From Hyphochytrium catenoides (taxonomy: Eukaryota > Protista > Hyphochytriomycota), in the NCBI GenBank assembly GCA_900088475.1, contig FLMG01003600.1:1-48986 (forward strand): a DNA stretch of 48,986 bases, given 5' to 3'. The notes beneath the pieces were generated by a model. The model had not been told where the DNA came from. It searched no databases and saw only the letters and a list, made by a program, of their open reading frames with translations. Of the stretch, positions 13,001-26,434 are shown in pieces; positions within the stretch are counted from its first letter, which is position 1, and the number at the start of each line of letters is the position of its first letter. A program made the position numbers and the translations under genes.

Positions 13001-13773
13001 CAGGCTGAGCAGGAAGCCAAAGCTGCGGCCAAGGAAGAGAGGAGGAAGGCGCGTGAGGAAGCAAAGAAAGCCGGGCAGGCTGTCAGCGGTGAGTGTGCAC
13101 GCCCCCTCTGTCCTCATCTTCCTTCAGCCAGGGGTCAATGCCGTGTTCATGTGGAACTCTCTTCGCCCTCCTTCCCTAATCACCCACGGTGCTATAATAT
13201 CTGGCTCTTCTCTAATGATATGTTACATTACCGTAGATGAAGAGGAAGACGAGGAGGAAGCAGTAGAAGAGAAGGTGGACTCGGACGATGACGATGCGGC
13301 GTACTATAGAGAAGCAGTGGGTGAAGAACCGGAAGCAGGTACATCCAAGAACCGGACAACAGTAACCTGCGTCTTTGGGACCTTATCCATCTTCTTCCTC
13401 AGTTTGCCTCCCGTTGCATCTCCCTCACGGCTAAATCCGTCTTTGACCACGTGCTTCCTCTACAGCGCTGACAGACGCTCACAAGCTTGTTCGCCTCGCG
13501 TCCAAACCGTCCATTCCTAATAACCAACTCTTTCCACTTTCTCGTGTCGTTGTAGGACTATTTACCAAGAGAAACAAGCATAACAGTAAACGCAGAGCGG
13601 ACGAGCAACTCACGCGGGCGGAGAAGCGGAGAAAGAAGGAAGAGGAGCTGCAAAAAGAGGCGAAGGAGAGAGAGGAGAGGCGCCAGCGGAATAGACAGAA
13701 GAAGAAGGAAAAGAAGGCCACTGCGCTTAAGAAGAAGAAGGGTCGACCTAAGAGGCCTCCTCCGACAGTATAA
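10087..13773 (+). CDS. PPAN: Peter Pan / Ssf1-like Brix-domain ribosome biogenesis protein, multi-exon
   Basis: Spliced: MPRRGGKR|KKTRTH, PQSFVFRRGK, DMRKMMAPNTALKLKEKRTN, GPLGVTHFLMFS, PRGPTLSFK|VVSYTL, FQNMFPAIDV, RRVVLFHFDK|ASGHIHFRHYII, AIRLSELGPRLSLQLVKVERGLCEGDVLYH, then a K/R/E-rich tail. Stop TAA at 13771-13773. Confidence 0.93.
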
Positions 13774-14305
13774 TATAAGCGATGGCCAAGGAAGTATTTA
13801 ACAGAGAGAATATCACCGCTGGTCATCCTTCCAGACAATTGCCTCGGCGCTTTGTATCTCTTAATCTATTCTCAACAAGCATTCTCTAAGTCGGCCTCTC
13901 TTTACTTGGTCATCGATCTGTGTGGCCCCTCTTAGTAACCACTTCCGCTAGGGATCTGGTGTATGATCCTAACGTCTGAAGCGCCCATGTTCGAACGAGA
14001 AGGTGGATGGCTCATCATGCGAGTCTAATAAATAGCAGAGCTCTAGTCTCCTAAAAAATACCGAGTAGCAGTATCTCCAGGAGTCATCTGAGTCACCATT
14101 CAGTCAGCTGTTCGGCTGACAATCGTCCTCTAACAAGCATCAGTTATGACAGATCTGTACAAAGCTCCTGGTTTCTATGCTTCTCTCGCTGTTCAGAGCT
14201 CCTATCAGGGTAAGACGATAAGCGGAGGATATAGGTTCTTAGGTGATCGATGGTGGGACTTGCTATAGTTCCTTTCATTCTTTTAACTCGCTTGACATAG
14301 TCTGT

Positions 14306-17300
14306 CTATTTGATCCCAAAGACAGGCTTCATTTTGACAACTAGCATCCAGTCTTCCTTCGTTAGGTCGTTTCTGAAGTTCTCCTTCAGCACATCGATAG
14401 ACTCTCGGCTAATCTGTTGGCAGAAAATGGATAGAGAGAGAATAATGAGGGGCGCTTCAGAATGAGTAGAATTTGCAATGAGGAAGCCCAACAAGCATCT
14501 GAGAAACGATAGAAGAAAAGAACGCCATCACGCCTGCAGAGCCGGCGGATAGCAGAAGTAGCGCGTTAAGTATCAGCCACTGCTCTCACCTTGCTGTACA
14601 GCGGGAACTTCTCGTCAAACTGCCTACCGAACGTAATGTTAGGATTGTCCTCGGGCGCATCAATCTTAATGGCCACGCTAGAGCCCTTTCTGGCAGTGGG
14701 AACCTCTTTGTGGTTGTTTTCAATGCTACTGACTCGACCCACGCTAAGCATGTCTAGCTGTGGGACACACAGCGGTGTCCCAACCTTGAGGATCCCCTCC
14801 ACCACATCCACACCCACAATAATGGGGCCTTTCTTGTTAAAGACAAACTGTGGGAGAATCTTAACAATGCAAGGGAAGACCGCCACTCCTGCGGTCTCTT
14901 CTCTCCTGGCTTGCTGTAAGTCGTTGATATACGCTGTGAACTGGTCGAAGAGGTGATAGATAATGTCTGCAGTGAAGATCCTGATGCCCATATCATCCGC
15001 AAGCTCCCTAGCTTCGGGAGTCACCTTCACATCAAAGGCCAGAACAGTCGCATGTTCCTTCTTCCCATGCTCAAGCTGCACGGCTGCTCTCATGATATCC
15101 TTCTTATGAATGGGACCAATGTTCACACCAGCGACAGGGATAGGAGGATCGCAGGATCGCAGGAACTCCAGTAGAGCCTCTAGCGCTCCCAGGGTTGATG
15201 ACTGGACGTAGACACCTCTCTTGGTCTGGCCAATCTTGTCTAGAATGGTGTTCAGGTCTGACATAACCTCTTCCTTGATGTCTTCAACATCATCGTCTGG
15301 TCCCACCACCATCACCGCTGTTCCTGCCACTGCTCTCTCTATCCCTTGCGCGCATATCTTGACACCGATGGCTGCCTCGATGCGTGGGTGGTGGATGTAA
15401 TCTCCTTTCACTCTCATCTCCCTCATAGGCTGAGGAGTAAGAAGAGAGCGAATTGTGGTGACCACAGGGCCGTCTAAGGTGCATACCACAATGGTGTCTC
15501 CCTCCTTTAGGGAACCATTGACCAAGATGGTGTCGATTGTGGTTCCCAGGCCTTCAATAACCTTTACCTCCAGAATGGTACACTGCACTGTGTCCAAATA
15601 CATTAGCGACCGAGCCATCATCTCTTGAGTGAGCTTGACAAGCATCATTTGGAGGTCAGGCACACCCTCGCCACTGATGGCAGATGTTGGGATAATCGAC
15701 GCCTGACGCCTAAGGTCATCGTTTTCCCAATATAACCGAGCATTGAGCCCTTGCTCTGCAAACGCTGTGATGATTTGAGTTGTGCGGTCCTTGAACTCGC
15801 TCTGAACGTGCTCGTCCTGGGCTGCCAGGGCTGAGAAAGACAGGATATACGTGAGACACAGAAGGATGAAGAGGTCTACCTAGACACGACAATCTACTTC
15901 AGGGTCTTACCCTCTCTGATAGGCCTGTTAGGAACGGCCTTCCAGCCATAGCATCTGTCCACTTTGTTCAGGGCCACAATAAATGGAGTTTTCTTCCGCT
16001 TTAAGAGTCCCAAACTCTCCAAGGTTTGAGGCTCTAAGCCATGCATTATATCAACGACCAGAATCGCGATGTCACAGAGGGAAGACCCTCTACTCCGAAG
16101 GTTGGTGAAGGACTCGTGACCAGGGGTGTCAATAATGAGAAGACCAGGAAGCTTGTACTCAAGATTGAAGAACGCGTCCATGTTGACTTTCTCGGTCTTG
16201 GTTTTGATGGCCTCAACAGGGAAGAAGGTGGCTCCAATCTGCTGAGTAATACCACCTGAACACATAGAGAGCAGAGAACACGACGGAGAGAAAGGGAAAG
16301 TCCGAGACAATTAGAACTACATCCTCTTGCTGGGCGGCGTTAACGCCCGAAGAAGCCGTTAAAGGAAGGGAAGGACACGATAGGCGAGAACTCTTTACAA
16401 GCACTCAAAGGATATAGCCGAAGACCTAGATCATTACTAAAGGTACAAGGCCTACCTGCTTCTGCGTCCTGAACATTCGTCTTTCTGATGTTATCGAGCA
16501 ACTTCGTCTTTCCAGTATCGACATGTCCCATAATGCAACAGATGGGTGACCGGAGCTTGTCTTCTGAGCGGGATTCCAAGGCCTGGGTCTCGCGAGCCTT
16601 CCTCCTCTCGTGCGCTGCCTTCTTCTTTTCCATTGCTGTACGTGATTGGAAGTGGCAGTTCGCTGGTTAATCGAGCTCCGGGCCAGCCAGATTCTCCACC
16701 ATGCAGAACTCAGGCGAGCACAGGAGTAGACTCTCGCAGACAGCAACAGACAGATAAGAAAGCTGGGCGAAAGAAGGGCAACGAGGCCGCAAAACTGTTT
16801 TCAGAGATATAGGAGCGAGGGAAGAACAGACTTAAGAGGCCCCCACCTTCTCTGGAAAGATTCTTTCTTCTACCACCCCCTGCTCTCATAATTCCATCTT
16901 CTCCTTCATCGCTCTCGTCCGCTTGTCTCTGCGCTCTTTTTTCCGCTTCCTCCTGTTCCCTCTTCTTTCTCTCTTCATGGAGCTTACGAAGCCGTTCCTC
17001 TTCTTCCTTCTTCTCCTGCAATAGAAGATCCTCTTCTTCCTCCTCCTCTTGGCTCTTGACCTTAACAGTCAAGTCCTGAAAGAGAGAGAATCAGAAAGGC
17101 CAAATAGGGTGTAGAATCAGAACCAAAAAGTGGAGATGAGGATAGGGATGGCAACCCAGAAAACTAGCAGTGTCCCACTAGAAAACGGTAAAGAAGACGG
17201 GTAAGAGCGGTGAAGAGACTTAGGATGGTTAGAGATCGCCCAGGCAAACTCACAGCGCTTTCCCAGTCTGCCTCATCCCAGTCATCCGCAACATCCTCTT

Positions 17301-18700
17301 CCTCTTCCGCAGGCTTCTCCTCCACCTTGTCCTCGGCATCCCAAGCGTCTTCCACTTGGGGGCTTTCTTCCACAGGGGAGGGTTCTACCTCTTCCTTCGT
17401 CACTTCCTCTAGGGGAGGAGACGCCACTTCCTCCTCCTTCTTCTTTGCTCCTTTCTTCTTCCGATTGTCGTACACAACCTTCTTCTTCTTCTTTTCACCC
17501 TCTTCGGCACCTGGACCGACAGTTAACCCGGCTGCCTGCATCATCTCCAAGGCTGCCTTGGCTCGTGCAGCCTTCTCCTTCTGGCTCTTCGTCATGTAGG
17601 TCCCTTCCTTCTTCTGTTGCTCCTTCTTAAGCTGTAAATCACAGGAGGTCAGAGTGGGGCATAGGTTGCTGATTCGCTGAAATAAGCATAGAAGAACAGG
17701 CTCGGCACTAAGAGGCGTGTATGTAAGTTGTATTGAGGCTGAAAGGCAGCGTAATGGAGGCTCTTGCTAGGGTATAGAAGATAGCGGGTCGCATAGGTGC
17801 GAGGAAGAACAGGAATATGTCCGTCAATGCGCTGTGTGGAGATCACAAGAGGTGAAAAATGTGTCAAGTACACACCCTCTTGGCTTCCTTCTTCTTCTCC
17901 GCAAGCTCCTTCTTCTTCTGTTCCTCCAGCTGCCTTTCACGTTCTTCTTCCTGGATCCTCCTTTCTTCCTCCTCTTGCTCTTTTCTCCTCCTCTCTTCCT
18001 CCTCCTTGAGCGCCTGTTGTCTCTCCAACAGAAGTTTTGCAGCGGCAGAGAGAGGTTTCTTCTCTTCCTTTTCCTCTTTCTTCTCCGGCTTTGTCTTCTT
18101 CTTCTTCTTTTTATCCTTCTTCTTCTTATCTTCTTCTCCTCCAGGTGCTATACCCATTTTGGCTAGATACTCTGCTGCGGCATCAACACCTCCAGCCTAC
18201 GAGAGACAAGGAACGCTTAGAACCGTGATATCGGAAGAGACATGGACAGCAGGATGGAAAGGTCTCCGCCGCCTGCAGTCTCTTTAAGAACTAGGATTTT
18301 AGGCAGCTTTAGCGAGAACGCTACTCATAACTCTGTAGCATACCTGCTCTCCTTCGTCATCTGATTCGGCCTGAGCCGCTGTCTCAGCCGGCTTAGGGGC
18401 GGTTTGGGCAGGAGCTGGCGGCTTCGGGTCTTCCTTGGGCTGCAAGTAGTAAAGAGAGATGGCATCAGAGTCAAAAAATGAGGAGAGGTGGTCGGGATCA
18501 GTATGGTGGCCATGATCCTTCTTTCTTGATAGAGGTTAGCCAAGGGCGCATCCTTAGGAAAAAGGAGAGGACACACAGGACGAGCGGCCACCTACCGCCA
18601 CACCAAACTCCTCCAGAGCAGCCTCCCAATCATCGCCCGCCGGAGCTTTTGCTGTCTCCTTCTTTGGGGGAGCCTTTCCCCCTTTCTTCTTTGGCGCCAT
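14306..18700 (-). CDS. EIF5B: Eukaryotic translation initiation factor 5B, multi-exon
   Basis: MAPKKKGGK start and charged N-terminal region. G-domain motifs [43 protein letters not shown] and NKVD. C-terminal [31 protein letters not shown] and [13 protein letters not shown]. Stop TAG at 14306. Confidence 0.97.
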
Positions 18701-19455
18701 TGGATCTCAAAGTCTAAATCTCAACTTCTGCACTCTCAGTCCACGAAGAAGCTATCTAGAAGTCTCAGAGTGACGTGTGCACTTTGACAACAAGGGTATA
18801 ACAGGGCTATAGCGGTATGGACTCGATGCAAGCAGTAAGTCCAGAGCATCAGTGGCTGGAGCTCGTAGAAGATCCGGGCAGTCTTCGCAGTTGAAGCTTT
18901 CAGATCTGAAGTGCTCTTCACGGTCCACCGCAATCCGCGAACTCAACCACTTGACCCTTCTTCCCCATCTCTCGCGCGCTCTGATTCGGTAGATTGGTAT
19001 ACTTTTGCTCCCTCGTCGTGTAGCTCTTTGTCACTCTGTTTGTTGTATTGGTGCCTGGGCCATGATGCGTTCTTCGTGTTTCTCCTGCGTCCTGGCTGGT
19101 GGGGGAGGGCGGTACCAGTTGGGCCCCCGGATCCACAATGAACCTGGATAATCTAAGCGTTGGCCACCATACTTCAGTCCGTCACAAGATATTAGTCCAA
19201 AGAGGCTTTAGGAATTAAAAGTAAATCGGGAAAGAAACTACTGTGGATTATTGCTCTGCAAGGCGCTTCTATATGTTTCTTCAAGTAATGATAAACCCTA
19301 TATTGCCTCTTTCATTATTTCTGATCGCTGGTAAGATTTTACCAAAATAGCTCACGATAAAATCTCCCTATTCAAGACCTTCACAGTCCACAAACTGAGA
19401 GCTTTGGGATGATAATCAAGCGGAGACGCCGGAGGCAGCGAATGAGTGAGAGCAT

Positions 19456-19545
19456 AGAAGAGAGAGACACGCACACAGAGAAGAGGCAGAGAGAGAAGAG
19501 AGAGAGACAGAGAGGAGAAGAGAGACAGACGACAGAGAGAGTACA
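19456..19545. repeat. (GA)n-rich microsatellite
   Basis: Visible gagaga/gacaga runs. Confidence 0.85.
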
Positions 19546-19845
19546 GCACAGAAAGGAAGTAAAACGGATAATCTCGGCAGATCTTGGACTTCAAGATGCG
19601 AATCTTCTTGATCAAGCCGAGGCCCGATGACCAGCGCTGTAGAGACCATCTATGCGGCTCTATGACCGCCGTCCTGCCAGGGCGCCATGGGTCAACTATC
19701 GGTAGCTTGCTAAGAAGCATTCAGCTCTATAGCCTGTGCATTAATATCTGATTCATAGCCGGATGTCATCGACTCGTTAGGTCGATGGAATAAGGAGGGG
19801 AAAAGGTCCTGCCCTCAGGGGCCGCTTCGGCAGTTTTTTTACAGG

Positions 19846-20739
19846 ATGAGTGCGCTGGCAACGTCTGTGCTGAGGCCGGGGCCGCGCAGACTGGCCCTGG
19901 GTCTAGTGGCAATGGGCATGAGTATCTATCTTTTCCGGGTTATGAGACAGGAGGAAGCTAGCGCTATTCCCAGCGTCCTGCTGCCGTTTCGAAGAGAAAA
20001 TAAAGACCATCTGCTCTCTTTCAATAGACGGATCAATGGTACCTGCTATGGCAATACTCATTTCTTTTTTTGTCCTATCTAACCCTCTTGCTCTGTGCAT
20101 TTCGTCCGTATGTAGTTGATATCCACCTTATCTTTCCTCAGTACTTGCATAAACGTCACTTAGGCCAGTTCCCGCCCTTACAAACGCATCGCTGCCCACT
20201 NNNNNNNNNNNNNNNNNNNNNNNNNNNTCCAGTTAGGGGTGCAAATCTCGGAGTATGAAGTTCAAGAGCTCTGGAAGAGGTCAAATAGCTCTAACTCGCA
20301 CTTCCAAGGCCCAATTATGGCGCTCTATTCGTTTCTTTGCTCTCGTTCACCATTCTCTCCGTTGTGTTTCTCTTTTGCCGTAGTGGCTGATCTAAGCGCT
20401 TCATTCACTCTGCCTCAGAATAACGGTGGACGAGAGGCAGGAGCTTGTCTCATTCCCTCAGCTATCTGCTGCCGTCCAGAAGCAATGGGAGAAGAATCTA
20501 AGCGAAACAGATCCACTAGGGAAAATGGTCTTTGAGAAACTGACAGTGGCTTCGGTCTTTGCCTTACGCTACACAGGACATTATCAGATGGTACGATGGT
20601 GCCTTGGCCTTTGACAGAATTACCGGTTACTGATGGCGTCCTTTCCTCTATATGATGACCACTACAGCGGTATTTCATAGATTTGTTGCAGACCTTTGGC
20701 AGCCATGTATGTCCCAGGTTTGGTTGCCACCTTTCGTGA
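19846..20739 (+). CDS. Small uncharacterised protein with N-terminal hydrophobic segment and an EF-hand-like helix pair (interrupted by assembly gap)
   Basis: Exons with AG/GT borders: MSALATSVLRPGPRRLALGLVAMGMSIYLFR..., then LGVQISEYEVQELWKR|ITVDERQELVSFPQL...HYQM|TFGSHVCPRFGCHLS*. The 3' end, and independence from the next gene, are uncertain. Confidence 0.45.
20201..20227. other. Assembly gap (N run)
   Basis: Run of n. Confidence 1.
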
Positions 20740-20958
20740 CACCTGCCAACTCCTCTCTGTCCTCTTTGTCCAATATCGGTGGGGTGGGCTTTCCCGTTGT
20801 CTGCTCTCACTGTCATTTCTCTCTTTAGCTCTCTCCTCCGCCCCGCCTATGAATAATCCTACACCTGACTGTGCTTCCACAATCCCTTGGCTGTATGGCT
20901 TCAACTCTACTCCGCCTTTTGGAGTTACTTGCTCACCAGCCCGTGTGACTCTCAACAG

Positions 20959-23231
20959 ATGAAGGACCTTGTAATGGGTAATACCCCTATAACAGTTCCT
21001 CTGCAGGTAGAAACTGGCTTGGAAAATGCCGTAGTGAACTGCCTTCTAACGTTGTCCCTAGGGCTACATCGCCGCAAAGCAAGAGGAAGTCCAGGAAATT
21101 ATTCAAAGAACAGTGCAACGACAGGTCGATCTTGCTCTCGACGGTGTCGGTAATGTAATTAGGGAGAATGCGAAGGATCCGGATATGCCGCTCTTTCTGC
21201 AGGTACGGGCGCTAAGAGGGAGAGTCATCATGGGCAGGGAGAAGACAAAGGCAAGCGCCTTGAAGACAATTTCTCTGAAGCGGTTCGCCATTGGGTGAGA
21301 ACTCTCTTAGCGAGAGAGTAAGGAAGTGGATCCCGCGGGTGGCCAACAACTGCATGGTATAAGGTACTTCTCTAAGGGATCTTCCTCTCCTTGTTATACT
21401 AGCGCACGGTAGATGAGACCGTAGATATGTTCTTGCCGGACATAAAACTGGAAATTCTGCGACGAACCGGAGACTTTTTGAGCCCTCGGAGACGCACGAG
21501 GTCACGAAGAGTTAGAGACGTCATCACCGACAGTGTAGTGGAGAGGCAAGAGGTAAGCTTTTTGTGGATTCCATATCTCTAGTCCGCTAACAATGATCTT
21601 ACTCTACTCAGCGAGGAATCCTGTCAATGCTACGGGCTTTCATCCTTTACCATCTCTTTCCTTATGATGCAAGCATCTGGCAATGCTTCAAGAACCCCAT
21701 CTGGGTCACTTTCACAGTCATTGGGATTCTTCCTGGACTGAGCCAGGTAAAATACCTTACCTTATCTGTTATGACTCTTCCCGTCGTTGTTTTGGGCATC
21801 CTTATATTGCATAGACCTTCACATGAAGCTCCCCTCTTAGCTGGCTCCGACCGTCCTGCCTCTCTTTGGTCCCTTATGAACGCTTGTACTGCAAATGCTG
21901 GTGACAGGCATGGTGGCTGTTGATCTTCTTCATACACGATAAGAGCAACGAGCACCAACTTTGCCAGTTCATAATATCTTTCAAGTCCGTGCAGTTTCTG
22001 AACCTCGGAATCTGGCAGACACTAGTCGGTGTAATGAGATACATGAGGTGCACCACGATGTCTTCGTCCAGCTGCGAGAAGGGTAAGCTTCTTTTCTGTG
22101 TCTCTCCTGTGGTTGACTCTCGGTCCAAACCATCAAAGGATTGCAACCGCCTGTTAGTATCTTTCCATCGCCGTCACTCTTCAGATATATTGCTACGATT
22201 CGTGCAACCTGTCCTCCAGGTCTTTCTTATCTGATGTTTACGAGTCTTCCCTTTTGCTTTCCAATCTGTATACCTCCGTTATGCCTCGATAGGTGTGCCG
22301 TTAACCCATCCTGAACTGACTGCATTCCTCCCTTTCTCTTCACTAAGCTGGACCCTCCCTAAGTTACTGGGATACGAACTTCTTTATAGTCCAAATTCTC
22401 TTGGTCTGGATAGCCTTTCTTATGCTGCCCTATTCCAAAAGCAACGACCGAAGAGATAGACAGGCAAGATCTTGTTTCTTCTCTCTCTATCCTAGCTCCG
22501 TTGTTCTTCATGTCCAATTTATCGCAAGGTTTCCCTGTCCTATCACTGCAAGATAATCGTTGGCTTTACCTGACTGTGCGCTTGAGTCACCTTAACAACT
22601 CTTCCCTCCTTGGCTTTCTATATAGGCATACGGCCTGTCGAGAAGAGTTCGTAAAGATTGGTTTGGAAATCAGATAGACATAACAAAAGGTGGTCACCTA
22701 ATGAAGCTCTTCTGGTATGAGACAGCGGCTGTTTGCCTCGTTTTTGGTAAGCTTTTCACGAGCACATGTAATGCGTGCCACAATCCTTCGACATCCCATT
22801 AATAGGTCTTAAGTCATGGAACGTGTTACGCTGCTTCTAATCCTCTGGAGTTTGTGCCTCGTCTGTTCCGCACAGCCTTACTGCCTCGCCTGTACTACTC
22901 TTCTGGCCTTCTGTTTAGATCATGTGCTTCTGCGAGCTACATTGCTGCCTACTTAAGTTCGTTACGCTAACCTTGTGCCAATGTTCACTTTGCAGGCCTA
23001 GCTCTGCTCTCATCCCTTAGCGGCCTAGAGCGCTGGAAGCTTACAGCAATTCTCTTCTGGATTCGGACTTTGTATGGGCTTCTCTCGCTGCCCTTTGTCC
23101 CATTCAGAGTTCCTATTATTGCCACACTTCTTACTCACACTCGCCCTCACGGCTACAATGAATTTGGAGAAACAGTGCCGTCAAAGAGGCGAAGACGGAG
23201 GAGGGAAGAGGATGGCCCTAGGCTGCAGTAG
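20959..23231 (+). CDS. Uncharacterised multi-pass membrane protein (DPDMP / LYHLFPYD / GLLSLPF motifs), multi-exon
   Basis: In-frame spliced exons: ENAKDPDMPLFLQ|RTVDETVDMFLPDIKLEI, LRAFILYHLFPYDASIWQCFKNP, HDKSNEHQLCQFIISFKSVQF, QILLVWIAFLMLPYSK, KGGHLMKLFWYE, FWIRTLYGLLSLPFVPF and LLTHTRPHGYNEFG. Several hydrophobic helices. Stop TAG at 23229-23231. Start uncertain. Confidence 0.75.
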
Positions 23232-23695
23232 GACTAGCATCCAATAGAAACCACGACTTGTAATATATATGACACGTAGCTCGACAGACAGCACTTCCTC
23301 TCTAGAGGTATAACTTATTAAGAACGTTTTTGTACACTCTACTGGCTTCCACAATATTTATCCTCGCTCCAGCTTTGTGAGATGGTCCGGCTGCTTGATA
23401 GAATCGAGCTGTTGTCCGCAACTCTTAACTTTCCAAAATCGTCCAACCGCATCTGACTCCTTCGGGCCCCCTTGCTGAAGATTTCTGGCTTTTCTGCTTC
23501 GAACTGATACGCTGGGAGCTCTCCCCAGTCAGTTCAGCGGATCTTTGATTAGGGTGTTCTATGTCTTCAGGGTCCTCCCCATTACTAGCGTTCTATTTGT
23601 ACGGAAGGACCTTCAGACGGGAGTTCTTACAAAAGAGACAGCCATTCCTTCCATCACATGGCTGGATATCCTGGCAATGGACCTGGACGGCTTTA

Positions 23696-26434
23696 TCAGA
23701 AGAAGGTAAATGTCACGCTCTCACCTTCGCTGTGCGTGACGATGGGGACCACCACCTCCTGCCAGGATGAGCCCCCGCCGCTCCACCCGCTCACAGATGC
23801 AATTGAAGGGAAGGAAGGGGGAGAGACGTCAACTCCATTCACATGTGTCAGATAGCAGTCACCGTCTGACGGAATCCCTGCCTCTTCGCAAAGGGAACCT
23901 AGGAAATCGTGCGTCAGTAGCGTTAAGAGAACAGCCACCAGTGCCGCTGCCTTACCTGGAAGTGCTCGTACAATAAACCAACCTTCTTCCTGGCGTATAG
24001 GTTTCAATCCCATTGGGCCCAACTTCTTCGTGACCCTAACAGTCTTTTCTCCAGGAAAGCAGCACCAAATCCGTACAGCTTGTACATAACCTTGCGTATC
24101 TCCATGACCATTGTGAACAGGAAGGGCGGAAGCCAGTGAGGAAGCAGAAGGAGAGGGCTCTTCCACGTAGACTCCCCTGTGCAATATCTCCGCCCCGTGA
24201 CGGCGAAGAGCCGCAGGTGATGAGTATTTAAGAGGAAGGAGGACGGAGTTGAAGCTGAGGACTGATACAGGCTTTCCGAGCGTGATAAACTTCCTCAAGG
24301 ACTGCCTGTGTTGCCAGTATTAGATTGAACCACCTCAGCCAGAAAAAGTTGAGGTAGAAATGTCGTAAACTTCAAGAAGTAAGTATAACGACCTCTTCCA
24401 CTTGACAGGCATTACAAACAATCAGAGGTTTTTTCTTACTTCGCCCTTAACATGGTCTGCGGGAGACTTTCAAAGCTGTCTCCCCTGGAACGCAATGGTC
24501 TATATCCAGAGATTTCATTTCGTCGCTGGTCAGGGCGGAGCAACTGAGGGATCCTGAAGGGAAGGAAAAGAGTGGAAGGGAAGCAGACAGAGGGGACCAA
24601 AAGGAGGAGAGGTCAGGAGGATCATTAGCTAAGCTAGATAGTGTTATGCCAGGTTTCATGCAAGCAGAATCCCATGTTGTTTAGGGAATGAGAATATTCG
24701 CCACAAGGAGGGTAAGGAGCATCCAAACGGAGATGAAGCCAATACGCCTCCAGGTGAAGTTCTGGGTTAAAGGAGTCAACAATATCAAGGGTAGAAGCAA
24801 GCTTAGACTGGTTAGATTCATTAGGTCAAGAGCTGCTTGGCAAGAGCAAACGATACCAGGTTCCGAGATGAATATGGAACTCGTCCTTTAGCAGTAAGGA
24901 AGCAGAGAGAGACGAGGAGGTCCCCATGGTTGAATCTAAAGGACTGGGCGAAAGGATGCCCATCACGTCATCGGCGAAAGATGGAGTGGACGACCCACTG
25001 CCATGAGAGGCTTCTGGTGTGTCCGAGCTGCTGATAAGAGGAAACGAGTTTACGAGTGTAAGACGGAGTAGCCTAATCAAAGAACAACGCGAACCCAGAG
25101 TTACGTGCCTCCGGCGTAACGACTGTTGGATCTTGACAATGAGCTCATTTGTCTGAGACAAAATATCCTCAAACTTTGTGAAAGGGCGACCTGCAGTTCA
25201 GAGTTGTATGCATTAACGAGAAGATAGGTGCCAGAATCACACTTTGGCTAACACAGTGGGGACCCTTAGCTCAAATAAAGTCAAATCCTTGCCTTCGAAC
25301 ACCCAGACAAAGACGACAAGGGAAGCTAAGAGCTGTCACTGGACTCATGAGGCAGCAGGGCTTGGATGGAGAGAGCTAAGATGAGGAAACGCCAGTGCAG
25401 CAAAGTTGCCTACCGAAAATATCAACGGCAAGCATTGAACCCTCCTTGATCTTCTCCAGCGCCGAATGAGGCTCACAGGCACCCTCAACGTCCTCTCTGG
25501 ATAGAGTGCATGGGTGTATAGCTAAGTGGATAGGCAGTAGCAGAGTAGGAGCAATTTATGGCAGAAGGAGAGTAGAAGCATCTCAATGGAGAACTCATGG
25601 TTCATCTCGTCAGACCAGAACCATCACAGTCAGACGTAGCAGACTTGACAGTTATGCAGGAACCCGGCAGGAAAAGACTATCGAGAGGTATGTGGTTTGG
25701 AGGTATAGAAGGAGGAGCAGTCACCATGGCGTACCCATCAGGCAGTAGGAAGATTCTGATATCGTGTGGGCCTTCTATGCTGAAGAGTTCCTCCTCTGAG
25801 TATAAGCTGCTAGCCAGCTGCACCTTAAAGGAGTCCCAATCACTTAGCTCCGCCTGCCATATCAACCGGAGATAGTAGAGTGAACGAGGGTTAGGATAAC
25901 ATGAATAAGAGTGCGAGGGAACGTATACGCGCATGCCACTGACAAAAAGCGAGACACCAATATCAACAGTCGGACGTGTCTGGTGTGTCGGAGAGAGATG
26001 CCACCACCAAATTGAACCCAGCATAAACGAGAGACATAGGGACGAAGTAGCCCACATTAACTGATGGTACTAGAGATGAACGCAAAAGCCAAGCATTTCG
26101 AGGAACGCCATCGGGACAGGACGTAAGGAAACAGAGAGAAAGTATGGGAGATGGAGGTAAGAAGACAGGGAGAAAGGTTGGGAGATGAGTACAGCAGGGC
26201 AAGGGAGAATTGACCAGGTGCTCGGGTCCACCTTCGCATCTCGAAAGTCCCCGCAACCGTCATTCTTTGCGACTTTGACTCTGATCCTCCTTGTCCTGCA
26301 ATAAGGTGAAAAGACATAGAGGAGTTAACATGCTGAAGAGCCAATCCAGAGTAGCAACGGGCTGGAGGATTGACAAAGGGTAATACTTTACACAGCACGT
26401 ACCCGGTCTCCTCCCCTGAGGGCATGCTAGCCAT
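23696..26434 (-). CDS. Uncharacterised multi-exon protein with a C-terminal PDZ domain
   Basis: Removing an in-frame gtaagg...tcctag intron gives VRVTKKLGPMGLKPIRQEEGWFIVRALPGSLCEEAGIPSDGDCYLTHVNGVDV...VTFTFF*, which fits the PDZ pattern (GL loop, GS-A-AG, VNG-DV). Upstream exons and the start are only approximately resolved. Confidence 0.55.

Noticed and set aside
14591-18287. Plus-strand ORFs overlapping eIF5B (and similar ones opposite the giant gene)
   Set aside because: They are antisense shadows of coding exons with no independent motifs.
10119-18595. Intronic box C/D snoRNAs in PPAN or eIF5B
   Set aside because: I found no sense-strand RTGATGA...CTGA pair with a terminal stem at suitable spacing by eye. 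An Infernal/snoscan search would be needed to exclude them.
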